Translations under genes and position numbers: made by a program | DNA from: Candidatus Magasanikbacteria bacterium GW2011_GWA2_56_11 | GTDB lineage: Bacteria; Patescibacteriota; Patescibacteriia; Magasanikbacterales; UBA922 | Reading direction: 5' to 3' | Assembly: GCA_001004885.1 (NCBI GenBank) | Contig: LCRX01000004.1 | Span: 11,178 to 75,177, forward strand | Length of the DNA stretch: 64,000 bases | Shown: piece after piece, positions 43,792 through 53,138 of the stretch | Layout: every line of letters starts with the position of its first letter | How positions within the stretch are numbered: the stretch's first letter is position 1 | Notes under the pieces: generated by a model | Databases searched by the model: none | The model's input: the letters and a program-made list of their open reading frames with translations, nothing else | What the model was told of the DNA's origin: nothing

Positions 43792-46098
43792 TTATAAGAG
43801 ATTAGTCTGCAGGTGATAGTACGGCGGACGGTGGCGGTAGCGCTTGATGGCCATTTCGATGATAGCTTCGAGGAAGTCGCCGTAGTCCATGCCGACAAGC
43901 TGGGCTACGGACGGGACGCAGTCGCCAATATCTATCGAGGGGTTGGGGTTGAGCTCCAGCACATAGGGGTTGTCATCCGCGTCGACGCGCAGCTCGACGC
44001 GGCCATAGTCGTGGCAGTCGAGAATAGTGTAGGTGTCAAGAGCGATCTCGGTAATGAGAGATTCGAGTTTTTTGGCGATATTTTTGGGCGGTTTTTGGGT
44101 AATTACTTTGTTGTCATACACCGGGTCAAGCGACCATTTGGCATTGTAGGGGAAAATGTGCCAGTAGCCTTCGGGCAGGTCCTTGAAGATACTGCGCGAC
44201 AGGGGCAGCACCTGCAGGTCGTGGCGCTCGCTGCCGAGAATGGAGACGTCGTACTCGTCGCCTTCGATGTATTCCTCCACCAGGGCCGGGCTGCCTACTT
44301 CGACGATAATCCTTTCCAACTGTTTTTGCAGCTCCCGGCGGTTGGTAACCACCGAATCGTTCGTAATGCCGATCGAGTTATCGGTGTTGGCCGGTTTGAT
44401 AATGAGCGGGTAACGCAAGTCTTCGCTGATTTTGTCCTCCATGGTGTAGGCGTAGTCCCATTTGGGAGTGGGGATGTTGTGGTAGGACAGCAGTTTTTTG
44501 ACCCGGATTTTGTCTATACACAGCGAGAGCGTGAACGGGTTGGAGTTCAGGTCGTCAATCACTTCGGGGAAGCGGTTGAAATTGAAGATACTTACCCGGT
44601 AGCCGCGCTCGCGCAGGGTCCGTTCGATGTTTAACGCCCGGTTCATCAGGTCGCTTTCTTCGCTTTTCGCTTCGCCATTGTAGACGTTGGCCGCTATCCC
44701 CAAGTGCAGGCGGCGTTTGTCGGATTTGGCCAGCCGGCGCAGCCGTTCAATGCGGCTGTTCGCCTTGGTGAGAGGATTGGAACTGATGAGGGCCGACGAG
44801 AAGCGGTTTTTGCGCGAGGTTTTGCCGAGCGACGAGTAACTTTTGAAAGGCGCTACCTCAATGTGCACGCGCTCTTCAACCTCGGCGAGCGCGGCCTCGG
44901 CCTCGGCGTAGGACTGGCCTTGGATGAGCACCCAGCCGATGTCCTCGAAGCCCTCGGGCGGGACGAGCACGGTATCGCCGACTTCCTTGGCCAGGAAATA
45001 ATCAACCACGGAGGGGTGTTTTTTTATCTCGTCAAAACCGCTGATCTGCGTGATCAGGCCGGAGCTTTTGGGAATGAAGTACTTGGCGACGATATGTTTT
45101 TTCGGTTCTTTGGCTTGGTCCGCGACATTGAGTCCGAGCGCGATTTCGGCGCCGGCTTTGATGAGATCGACGCCGTAAATTTCCTGGATCGATTTGTGCG
45201 TGTAATCGCCGCCCAGCCGCGAGGCCGCCTCGATCACTTTCGGCCCGTCTTTAGTCAGTTTGATTTCCACCTGCGCCAGGCTGTTTTGGACTTTGAGCAC
45301 GATAAGGGCCGCTTTGGCCGCTTCAGTCAGGGCCGCGAGCTCTCCCTCGTCGATGCGCGGTGGCGCGTAGTCGCCGGTTTCAAGAAAGAACGGCAGATTC
45401 ATCGCTGTTTTTTCGTGAACCCCGACAATGTGCGGGACGCCGTGTTGGACGTAACCTTCGAGGCTGAATTCGTGTCCCTCAATGAATTCCTGGTATAAAA
45501 AGAGCTTTTTATTGTACTTGTACACCGGATCGTAGTCCGGGTTACAGTTTTTCATCAAGTACTCGTAACCCTCTTCGGCTTCGTGGCGGTCGGAAACGTA
45601 GACTACGAATTGGCTGTCCGAACCGAGCAGCGGCTTGAGCACGGCCGGGAATTTGATCCGGCGCATGGCCGCCGTCAGGTCTTGGCGGTTCTTGATCAGC
45701 TCCTGGGAAATATACGGTTCGCCGCAGGCCCGCAGTACTTCCTGCATGTGGAATTTGTTGCGCGTATTCACGGCCGCCTCGGGCGAGTTGCCGATCCATT
45801 TAAACTCGGCGCATAGCTTGGCCAGAAGGGGAATGTCGTCTTCCCAGAAAGTAACCGCGCCGTCGATGGCGAGCGCTCCGCGTGAAGAGAGATAGGTTCT
45901 AACCGCCTCGACAGACTCGGTGTGGCTGTAGGTGTCGGCCGGTATCCACTGGTCTACGTACGGGTTGGCCCAGGGTTTTTCGCGGCCGAGCACCACCAGG
46001 TTGAGTCCGAGTTTTTTCAATTTTTGGAGGATAAATTTTTTTTTGATTGACCCGGTATTTACCACGAGCAAATTTTTTTTAGCCAGTCTGGTGGTCAT
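43792..46098 (-). CDS. Fusion of two ATP-grasp ligase domains (N-terminal carboxylate-amine ligase-type + C-terminal D-Ala-D-Ala ligase-like)
   Basis: N-domain NTRNKFHMQEVL...FPAVLKPLLGSDSQFVVYV...LYQEFIEGHEFSLEGYV. C-domain YIEGDEYDVSILG...DCHDYGRVELRVDADDNPYVLELNPNPS. The track ORF uses GTG at 46116; ATG at 46098 is used here. Confidence 0.65.
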   Translation of the reverse strand: MTTRLAKKNLLVVNTGSIKKKFILQKLKKLGLNLVVLGREKPWANPYVDQWIPADTYSHTESVEAVRTYLSSRGALAIDGAVTFWEDDIPLLAKLCAEFKWIGNSPEAAVNTRNKFHMQEVLRACGEPYISQELIKNRQDLTAAMRRIKFPAVLKPLLGSDSQFVVYVSDRHEAEEGYEYLMKNCNPDYDPVYKYNKKLFLYQEFIEGHEFSLEGYVQHGVPHIVGVHEKTAMNLPFFLETGDYAPPRIDEGELAALTEAAKAALIVLKVQNSLAQVEIKLTKDGPKVIEAASRLGGDYTHKSIQEIYGVDLIKAGAEIALGLNVADQAKEPKKHIVAKYFIPKSSGLITQISGFDEIKKHPSVVDYFLAKEVGDTVLVPPEGFEDIGWVLIQGQSYAEAEAALAEVEERVHIEVAPFKSYSSLGKTSRKNRFSSALISSNPLTKANSRIERLRRLAKSDKRRLHLGIAANVYNGEAKSEESDLMNRALNIERTLRERGYRVSIFNFNRFPEVIDDLNSNPFTLSLCIDKIRVKKLLSYHNIPTPKWDYAYTMEDKISEDLRYPLIIKPANTDNSIGITNDSVVTNRRELQKQLERIIVEVGSPALVEEYIEGDEYDVSILGSERHDLQVLPLSRSIFKDLPEGYWHIFPYNAKWSLDPVYDNKVITQKPPKNIAKKLESLITEIALDTYTILDCHDYGRVELRVDADDNPYVLELNPNPSIDIGDCVPSVAQLVGMDYGDFLEAIIEMAIKRYRHRPPYYHLQTNLL

Positions 46099-46545
46099 AA
46101 AATAAAAAAACAACACGCCTAATTAGTGTTGATTAGTTGGCCAGGATGAAAATTGTCTGCCGTACCGGCAGCTGCCGGCTCGTCGGTGTTATCGACCATA
46201 GGCGCGGGATGCCCGCCGGGGGAACTATACCGCATTTTTAGCCGCGGCGCAAGGGCCGGAAAATCGCCCCGCACAGGGGGGAAGTAGCGGGCGCTCGCCA
46301 AATGTACGCACTAAAATGGCGAGCGCCCGCGGCCAGAAATCGCCAGCGGTTCGGCACCGTGTAGCCGAATTCCCTGGGTAAGCAGGGCGGGGCGGAATGC
46401 CCCCAGGAGGAGCGGGGCATCCCCCCGGCGTTTAACTGGCATTAAGTACCATACTGGCGGGCGCGGGCGGCGTCAACCTTGGGGATAAAACCATGGACCC
46501 GCTTTATTCCGCTGAGATAACAGCCGTTATCAGCGCGGTCAGCCC

Positions 46546-48366
46546 TCATTCGCAGTAGTAGGCGAATAGTGTCCGGACTCGATTTTTGATCGGATCTTTT
46601 TCGCTGGTCGGTTTGTCCGGATCAAGCTTCATTGCTCCGGCCACATCAATTATCTTTATTTCCTGGGTGCGCTTGTCGACCACCAGCTCGACGTCGCCCG
46701 GCCAGACGGATAAGCGTTTGAGGGTTCGGATTAGGTGTTTGGCCCAGCGCCGGCGTTGCCCGGGCGGGCTGTTTTTGATGGCTTCGGGATCAAAGTCAAC
46801 CCGTTCCATGACAATGATCGGCAGCCGGCTTGATCTGCCGGAGGAGGGATTATTATTCTCTTCGGCCTCACCGCTCTGGGGGAGATAGCCAAGCAATTTG
46901 GGCGCGATGTCGGCCTGAGACAGCAGAGCGAGCATTTCAGCCTCTTTTTTGAAATATTTTTGGTCGGAGTCGCCAAGATGAAAGTCGGCCGGATCGTCGG
47001 CTCGGGTGGCTTCTCCCCGCCTCGGGCTGGCTACTTTGTAAAGCACGTCCGGCTGTTCTTCGCGATAGAAGATGCAGGCCGTGCTGCCGTTGCTTGCGAA
47101 TACTTTAAAGTTAACGCCGGGATAAGCCTCGGAGAGCGCCTGCAGAGTAACCTTTTTTTTGTATTGCAGTGACTGAAAAAAATCCGTCGAGGCGATGGAT
47201 TCGTGTCCGGGCAGACCGCTTAACCCTTGATCCTCAAAATACGCGCCGATGTCGGCGTAATCTTCCGGCCGAAGGCCGTATTCCCGCGCGCGCGTGCTCA
47301 GGTTGCTCTTTTTAATCGCGCGCAGTCTTTTGGCTATGAGTTCCAGCGCGGAAAACAGCGCCATTCCTTTATCTTCTTCATTGTCGGTCCGTAGCCCGAC
47401 CTCATACATCGGTTCCAGGCCTGCTTCCGGTCTGACAAACATCACGTTTTTTTCCGGCCGGGCGCCAGGGGACAAGAGTATGCCGGTTCGCCGGAGAGCA
47501 TCCGGACGGGGAAAATTGGCCAGAAAAGCCAGGGCATCGTCGTAGTGGCTGGATTTTATCATGTCCGCCAGGGAAGCGAGCATGTCGGCGAGAAGCCGCT
47601 CTTTTTCCGCCGGGGATTCGGGGACAAACTCGCCGGGTTCGGATTGTAAAAATGCTTCTCCATGCAGACGTCTGGCCGTCCGCAGCACATCGCCGAGAGT
47701 GGCATTGGCATAGCCTACGCAGTGGCGATTCGGGAACAGGCCGGGCTGAGACAGCGCGACGGCCTGAACCGGTATTTTGTCCGGGTGCACTCCATGTTGG
47801 GCCGCGGCATACAGGCGTTGCCGGCCGTATTGGTAAGCTTCGATCCGTCCGTCGGGGTTGAGGGCTATGTCGATGGGTACTCCGGTCTCCGCCTCTTCTC
47901 GCAGGTCCGCCTCGAGGAAGGCTTTCCGCCGGGCATTCTTATTAAAAGAATACCAACGAACGCCGGAGCGGCGTAGCAGCTCGCCGTTTTGTTTTTTGAG
48001 CATTTCCGGTCGGCTTTGTCCGCCGAACACGATTATTTGATCGCGGATTAACTGCGATAGCGAGGGGAGAGGGGAAGGCTCGTTTTCTTTGGAGCGCGTT
48101 TTTTTGTCGGCGGACGGTGTAGCGGGCAGGTTCTCGATTTCTCTTCTGGCGGCCGCGAGATCCGGTTCATCGTCTAATGCGTTTTTAACAAACGGACTGC
48201 CGTCTCCTAATTCCGGTTTTGGGAAAACAATTTCGCCGCCGCCAGTCTCTCCTGTTCCGTCTTCTCTGCGGGTTTGTTTACCCTCCGCGCATTCCTGACA
48301 AACGGCCGGATGAAGGCCGTGAGGGCAGGACGGGGACTCAATTGTCGTGGGTTTCCCCAGGGACAT
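46546..48366 (-). CDS. Multidomain hypothetical: N-terminal Cys motif, ParB/Srx-like nuclease-type domain, C-terminal kinase-like domain
   Basis: CPHGLHPAVCQEC, then DIALNPDGRIEAYQYGRQRLYAAAQHG...IPVQAV (ParB-like), and a C-terminal LPIIVMERVD...IKIIDVAGA reminiscent of the APH/protein-kinase fold. Confidence 0.45.
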   Translation of the reverse strand: MSLGKPTTIESPSCPHGLHPAVCQECAEGKQTRREDGTGETGGGEIVFPKPELGDGSPFVKNALDDEPDLAAARREIENLPATPSADKKTRSKENEPSPLPSLSQLIRDQIIVFGGQSRPEMLKKQNGELLRRSGVRWYSFNKNARRKAFLEADLREEAETGVPIDIALNPDGRIEAYQYGRQRLYAAAQHGVHPDKIPVQAVALSQPGLFPNRHCVGYANATLGDVLRTARRLHGEAFLQSEPGEFVPESPAEKERLLADMLASLADMIKSSHYDDALAFLANFPRPDALRRTGILLSPGARPEKNVMFVRPEAGLEPMYEVGLRTDNEEDKGMALFSALELIAKRLRAIKKSNLSTRAREYGLRPEDYADIGAYFEDQGLSGLPGHESIASTDFFQSLQYKKKVTLQALSEAYPGVNFKVFASNGSTACIFYREEQPDVLYKVASPRRGEATRADDPADFHLGDSDQKYFKKEAEMLALLSQADIAPKLLGYLPQSGEAEENNNPSSGRSSRLPIIVMERVDFDPEAIKNSPPGQRRRWAKHLIRTLKRLSVWPGDVELVVDKRTQEIKIIDVAGAMKLDPDKPTSEKDPIKNRVRTLFAYYCE

Positions 48367-48399
48367 ACGCCAAAGTTTGGTTGTTTAATTGCCTTCAGG

Positions 48400-48816
48400 T
48401 TAGGGGTCGAGACGGGCGATCAGCCACCCGGCCGCGATCGCGCCCAAGAAGCCGCTGCCGGTCCAGGACAGGACCATCGGGAGCGAGACTTGAAAACTGC
48501 TGTAGGTGATGAACATTCCCGGCAGCAGGGAGACCGCGGCGTATACGGAAGCGAAGGTTAGGCCACGACGGAAAGAGCTTGTTCCGGCGAATAGGGATTT
48601 GGTTTTGGCCCAGACCCAGGAGAAAATTACGCCCAAAAGAAGCGGATAAAGAAAGTAGAGCATCATGAGCGGATCGGACCAGGGGCGGAAAATCGCCTGG
48701 TTCTCGTATTCGGTCTTGAGGCTGGGAGCGAGCAGGTTAAAAAGCGGGGTTAAGACGGTGCCGACGGCCAGGAGCAAAAGTCCGGCCAGGAGGCCGCGAG
48801 AAAAAATCTTGCCCAT
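48400..48816 (-). CDS. Hypothetical 4-TM membrane protein
   Basis: 138-aa hydrophobic ORF with consistent codon usage. Confidence 0.45.
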   Translation of the reverse strand: MGKIFSRGLLAGLLLLAVGTVLTPLFNLLAPSLKTEYENQAIFRPWSDPLMMLYFLYPLLLGVIFSWVWAKTKSLFAGTSSFRRGLTFASVYAAVSLLPGMFITYSSFQVSLPMVLSWTGSGFLGAIAAGWLIARLDP

Positions 48817-49029
48817 AATTTATTGTTTTAGCCCCGCCGGCGGACGCCGGTTGGGCGGGAATAAAAGATAAAATTTGTCTGTTCAAACCTGTCAGGACTT
48901 ATTTTATCATCTTCTACGGATAGCGGCTAGCCGGCGCGGCGGGCAGAATTTTGCTGGCCGTTCATCAATTTTGACAGAGACAGGATATGGACTTCCTGGT
49001 GAATTTAATCTCAAGAAGGGGAGCACGAA

Positions 49030-50097
49030 TCATAAATTGGCGGTCCATTTTCCGGAAAAATCCCGGAAGCCGGAGTCGTCGAAATCCCACGCTCCGGCTT
49101 CGGGTACCGGAATTTTTCCGAGCGCGCCCTCTTTCTCAATGGTGAATTTTACCGTGGCGGCCAGTCCTGAGAGGCGGGGGCGGAGTTCCGACCAGATGTT
49201 GAGAGCGTCTTTGGTTGGCACGGTAAAATGCTTTGCCCAGTAGACAGGGTCGTTTTGGAACAGGTAATACGGACGGATGCCCTCGATGGCGAGACGGTTG
49301 AACAGTTCCTGGAGCACTTCCACTTGGTCGTTTACCCCTTGGAGCAAAACCGTCTGGGACAGGATCACGGCCGAACTTTCACGGCGCAGGCGGTAGAGAA
49401 CCGCGAGCGTCGCCGGCGCGAGTTCGGCCGGGTGGTTGACGTGGAGCAAAATATACGGATTTTTTATCCGTCCGATGTAAGCGTAATGCCAGTCGCGCAC
49501 GAGAGACGGATTTTGCACCGGCAGCCGCGTGCCGAAACGGACAATATCCAGATGGCCCCGGGCCTGCAAATCCGCGAGCCCGCTGACTATTTTCGTAAAA
49601 TACGCTTCTGGCGCGAAAAGGGGATCGCCGCCCGACACGATGATCTCGTTGAGCTCCGGGTGTTCTTTGATAAAGGTAAAAACAGTTTCGAGTTCGCGGT
49701 CGGAAAGGAACGCGGAGCGCCGGATGGCGGCTTTCGCCCCCGGATCATCTTTTGCCGCTCCGATCTCCCGGCCGCGGAAGCAAAACCGGCAGTAGCTCGC
49801 GCAGTGGCGCGCGACTGTCCAGAGTCCCCGGCCGTAGTAATCTACCGTCCCGTCCGGTTTGAACCGCCCCCGGTATTTGTATACCAGGCCGGGCGCCGCC
49901 TCGTTCCGGTCTTCGTCAAACGGGTCGCTTGGGCCAATCCCGGCGTGTTTTTTCTCGGCCTCAGGCTGGGCGATAAACTGCCGGCCGATCGGCCCCTCGG
50001 CCCCGCCGGTTTTTTCGATCAAACGCAACAAGTGCGGAGAGACAATCTCCGGGAGGGCTCCTTCGGGGTTGGCGACGGCAGCGCCGCGGGGGTGCAT
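49030..50097 (-). CDS. KamA-family radical SAM enzyme (lysine 2,3-aminomutase / EpmB-like)
   Basis: CASYCRFC radical SAM cluster motif, plus the KamA-type IVSGGDPL and YLFQNDPV motifs. Confidence 0.75.
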   Translation of the reverse strand: MHPRGAAVANPEGALPEIVSPHLLRLIEKTGGAEGPIGRQFIAQPEAEKKHAGIGPSDPFDEDRNEAAPGLVYKYRGRFKPDGTVDYYGRGLWTVARHCASYCRFCFRGREIGAAKDDPGAKAAIRRSAFLSDRELETVFTFIKEHPELNEIIVSGGDPLFAPEAYFTKIVSGLADLQARGHLDIVRFGTRLPVQNPSLVRDWHYAYIGRIKNPYILLHVNHPAELAPATLAVLYRLRRESSAVILSQTVLLQGVNDQVEVLQELFNRLAIEGIRPYYLFQNDPVYWAKHFTVPTKDALNIWSELRPRLSGLAATVKFTIEKEGALGKIPVPEAGAWDFDDSGFRDFSGKWTANL

Positions 50098-50319
50098 AGG
50101 TCGGTTGAGAATAGGCGCGATGATAGTATCACGAATACGGCGAGGGGTCTATTATTCGTTCTTACTCCATTTCCCGACCGCTGTTCGGAACATCGTGTGC
50201 GCGCCTGCCCGCCGATCCTCGATTGGCAGCCATCAAAAGACCTAGAGTTATGGTGTCTTTTGGTTCGAAGACTTAAAAATTTTTCTTTTTGGGAGGAGGG
50301 CTTAAATGTAAGAAAAGGT

Positions 50320-52119
50320 CTAGACCGACAGGCTCTTTTCTCGGAGTAGCAGACTGCGGAAGTTCCCTTCCCGTTCGGATAGCCCTTTGAATGTACCCTC
50401 TTGAATGACCTGCCCATTATCAAAAACAAGTATCCGACCGCAGCCTTGCAGCGTGCTTAGACGATGGGCGATGACGATTACCGTACTATCCTGGCCAAGA
50501 CTTTCAATTGCCTGTTGTACGAATGCCTCGCTCTGGTTATCGAGGGCGGCTGTTGCCTCATCGAGTATAACTAGAGGGGCACCTTTCAAAAATACCCGGG
50601 CCAGCACCAGTCGTTGTTGTTCGCCGCCGGACAAGTTGCGGCCCTGCTCGGCGATCATTGCGTCCAGCCCACCCGGTAGAGCGCGCACGCGAGTTTCCAT
50701 ATGGGCACTTTGAAGCGCCTGCCATAGGGTTGTAGCAGGTACGTTCGTGAGGGCAGTGCCGTATTCTACATTCTGCCGTACCGTCCCGTGGAGTATAAAT
50801 GGCCGCTGGGGGACATACGCGACCAACTTAGACAACGCCAGCTTATCGAGGTTTTTAATTTCTTGTCCGAAGACGCGTACGCTACCGGTGTAGGTAGGTA
50901 TGAGACCAAGCAGAACCTTAACAAACGTACTTTTCCCCGAGCCGCTAACACCAGCAATGCCAATTTTCTCTCCCCGTTTAATAGCCACCGTTAAATTAAC
51001 GAGCGCCGGGTGGCGGTTTTCGGTTTCGTCGAGGGTATCGGTATAATTCACTGACAGTTGATTTGTTTCAATCAGTGGCGCAGGTGCTTTGGTCTTGGGG
51101 CATCCACTACCGGCTAGACCGGGATCGGTAGGCAGCTGACGTAGGTTTACGAGCTCACGTACTTTCAGTATGGCTTCAAAGCCTTCGTCAACAATGCGAT
51201 GTAACTCACGCAGCGGGGCAGCCACCGCCGTGTAGAGCATGGCAAAAGTGAGCACGTCGCCTTTTGAAACTAATCCTCGAGAGGCGTACCAGGCGCCAAG
51301 CGCGACCACGATTACGTAGCCCGCGCCTTCCGCCAGTTGTTTTACGGCGTCGAACGACATCATAAAGCGGTGGTGGCGAAATTCTTTGGCGCGCAGAGAT
51401 TCTGCTAATTCCCCAGCCGCTGTGGTTTCATATTCCCGCATGCCGCTCGCGCGCACGTAGTCGATTCCTAGAAGGAGTTCCGTTACCTTTGCCCCGATGC
51501 CTTCCTTGGCGGAAAAGAGCTCTAAACGGATGCCTTTTTGGGAGACAATCTGCAAAAGCGTTACCAGGGCTCCGAATATACCTGCGCCTACCATAACCAA
51601 GGCCATGACCCAGTTGCGGGTGAAGGCTAAATAGATGGCAATCCCGGCCGTGATGATGGCCGGGAAGAAGTCCAAAAATAACAGTTTCAGGAGTCGCACC
51701 ACACCTTCTATACTTCGGTGGATCCGGACGTTGATGGCGCCTACCCGTTCGCGCATGAGTCGAGACAGGTCGAGCGACAGTATATGTCCAATAACGCCGA
51801 CGAATTCGTCCCGCTCGACCCGGGTAGCAGTATTCTCGACAATATATTTTCGGATCCAGACAGCCACTTCACGGCCGATCACGGATAAGAGAATGAACCA
51901 GAGAACTGGCGCCACGTCGGCAAAGGCCGTGGCCGAACTCTCAACCACCCGGTCCAAAATTTGACCCAAAAGAATCGCTGGCAGGTTCGCGAGCCAACCA
52001 GCGGCAAGCATGAGGAGAAAGGCCATTGAGAAGGCGATCAGACGCATTCGCCCCAGGCGGGATATAAGGTAGCCTAAGGCTCCGGGGATGAGAGTCTTTT
52101 TATTCGTAATTTTGGGCAT
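50320..52119 (-). CDS. ABC transporter, fused permease/ATPase (type I exporter, MsbA/Lipid A-like)
   Basis: 6-TM N-domain, Walker A GVSGSGKST, signature LSGGEQQRLVLARVF and Walker B LILDEATAALD. Confidence 0.8.
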   Translation of the reverse strand: MPKITNKKTLIPGALGYLISRLGRMRLIAFSMAFLLMLAAGWLANLPAILLGQILDRVVESSATAFADVAPVLWFILLSVIGREVAVWIRKYIVENTATRVERDEFVGVIGHILSLDLSRLMRERVGAINVRIHRSIEGVVRLLKLLFLDFFPAIITAGIAIYLAFTRNWVMALVMVGAGIFGALVTLLQIVSQKGIRLELFSAKEGIGAKVTELLLGIDYVRASGMREYETTAAGELAESLRAKEFRHHRFMMSFDAVKQLAEGAGYVIVVALGAWYASRGLVSKGDVLTFAMLYTAVAAPLRELHRIVDEGFEAILKVRELVNLRQLPTDPGLAGSGCPKTKAPAPLIETNQLSVNYTDTLDETENRHPALVNLTVAIKRGEKIGIAGVSGSGKSTFVKVLLGLIPTYTGSVRVFGQEIKNLDKLALSKLVAYVPQRPFILHGTVRQNVEYGTALTNVPATTLWQALQSAHMETRVRALPGGLDAMIAEQGRNLSGGEQQRLVLARVFLKGAPLVILDEATAALDNQSEAFVQQAIESLGQDSTVIVIAHRLSTLQGCGRILVFDNGQVIQEGTFKGLSEREGNFRSLLLREKSLSV

Positions 52120-52291
52120 AAGTTATTAGTTAAGAGCATTCTATCACTCTCTGGGGTAGTGAGCCAGCAGCTAGGTTGGTTTACTATTGAAATTCACACC
52201 GGTATAAAGTACGATGGTCATGACACCGCATTAAGACAGTTTTCATTAGAATTTAGGATGGGTGGTGTGGTCTATCTAGGAGGAAAAGGAC

Positions 52292-52588
52292 ATGCCGCAG
52301 AAAGCACGAGAATTGAGGATGGCCGACCGGCTTTTGTTGGCCGCGTTAGTTTTCCTTGTGTCCGGCGTTGCCTTCGAGCTGCTCGCACGACAGCTCGACC
52401 CTGGCGCCTTTTGGTCTGACGCCTTCTGGCCCATGAACGGCGATCCGAGGGAGCTCTACCCGATGGTCGCGGAGCTGGTCTTCATGGGGACCAGCATCGG
52501 GGCCACTGCCTTGGCGATCGTCTACAGCGCACTGTACTGGTTCAGGCGTCGGCAGCGTCGGCATCATCTCAAGCTCGTCCAGAGCTGA
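52292..52588 (+). CDS. Small membrane protein encoded in GC-rich DNA (high GC3)
   Basis: AGGAGG SD lies 9 nt upstream, with two TM helices. Confidence 0.45.
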   Translation: MPQKARELRMADRLLLAALVFLVSGVAFELLARQLDPGAFWSDAFWPMNGDPRELYPMVAELVFMGTSIGATALAIVYSALYWFRRRQRRHHLKLVQS

Positions 52589-52745
52589 CGGCGCGCGGCG
52601 GGGTACGGAGGGACCGCGCCGCATAGCATCACCCCTCCATCTTAGATTCCAATGGATTAGAGTTTGAGCGAGGTAAAACGAGTGATGTTTAGTTTGAAAT
52701 AAAATAAGAGCTAAAAAAGGCTCTTATTTTAGACAAAATCCATTT

Positions 52746-52821
52746 TGGGGTGGCTAATGGGAATCGAACCCATGCTAAAGGTTCCACAAACCTCTGTGCT
52801 AACCATTACACCATAGCCACC
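52746..52821 (-). tRNA. tRNA-His (anticodon GTG) with genomically encoded G-1 and CCA
   Basis: The rc folds as G-1, acceptor GTGGCTA/TAGCCAC, D-arm GTGT..GCAC, anticodon stem GAGGT / loop TTGTGGA / ACCTT, T-arm ATGGG-TTCGATT-CCCAT, discriminator C, then CCA. Confidence 0.85.
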
Positions 52822-53138
52822 CCACAAGGGACTTTGTTTTTAGATTGTAAAATCAACGATTTTTATCCGCCGCCAAACCGCGACAATGCGTGGTGGTAAG
52901 TCTGGGGCCATCTGCAATCAAACCCGTACTGCGAGTAACGTAAACTCGCGTGATAACCATTTTAGTAAATGGCGCCTTTATTGCGTTACGCAGTATAAAA
53001 AAAAAAGTCCTTTTTGTCAATAACAGACGGTCCCATGTCAGCGGTCCCGTTAGCTCGTCAGTCGTTTCCTTCTCAAGAGAAGAAAGCAGCAGTCCGAGGG
53101 TGCAGTCGAGGGTAGAGCTGCACCGGAAAAGAGCGTGG

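Noticed and set aside
46119-46545. Checked the long structured intergenic region for RNase P RNA, tmRNA, SRP RNA, TPP/cobalamin riboswitch signatures
   Set aside because: The universal motifs were not found by eye on either strand. Those motifs are GGAAAGUCCGGGC / GGUAAGGGUGAAA for RNase P, the tRNA-Ala-like ends and tag ORF for tmRNA, GGAAGCAGCC for SRP, and CUGAGA…ACCUGAUCUGGAUAAUGCCAGCG for TPP. This stays an unclassified candidate only.
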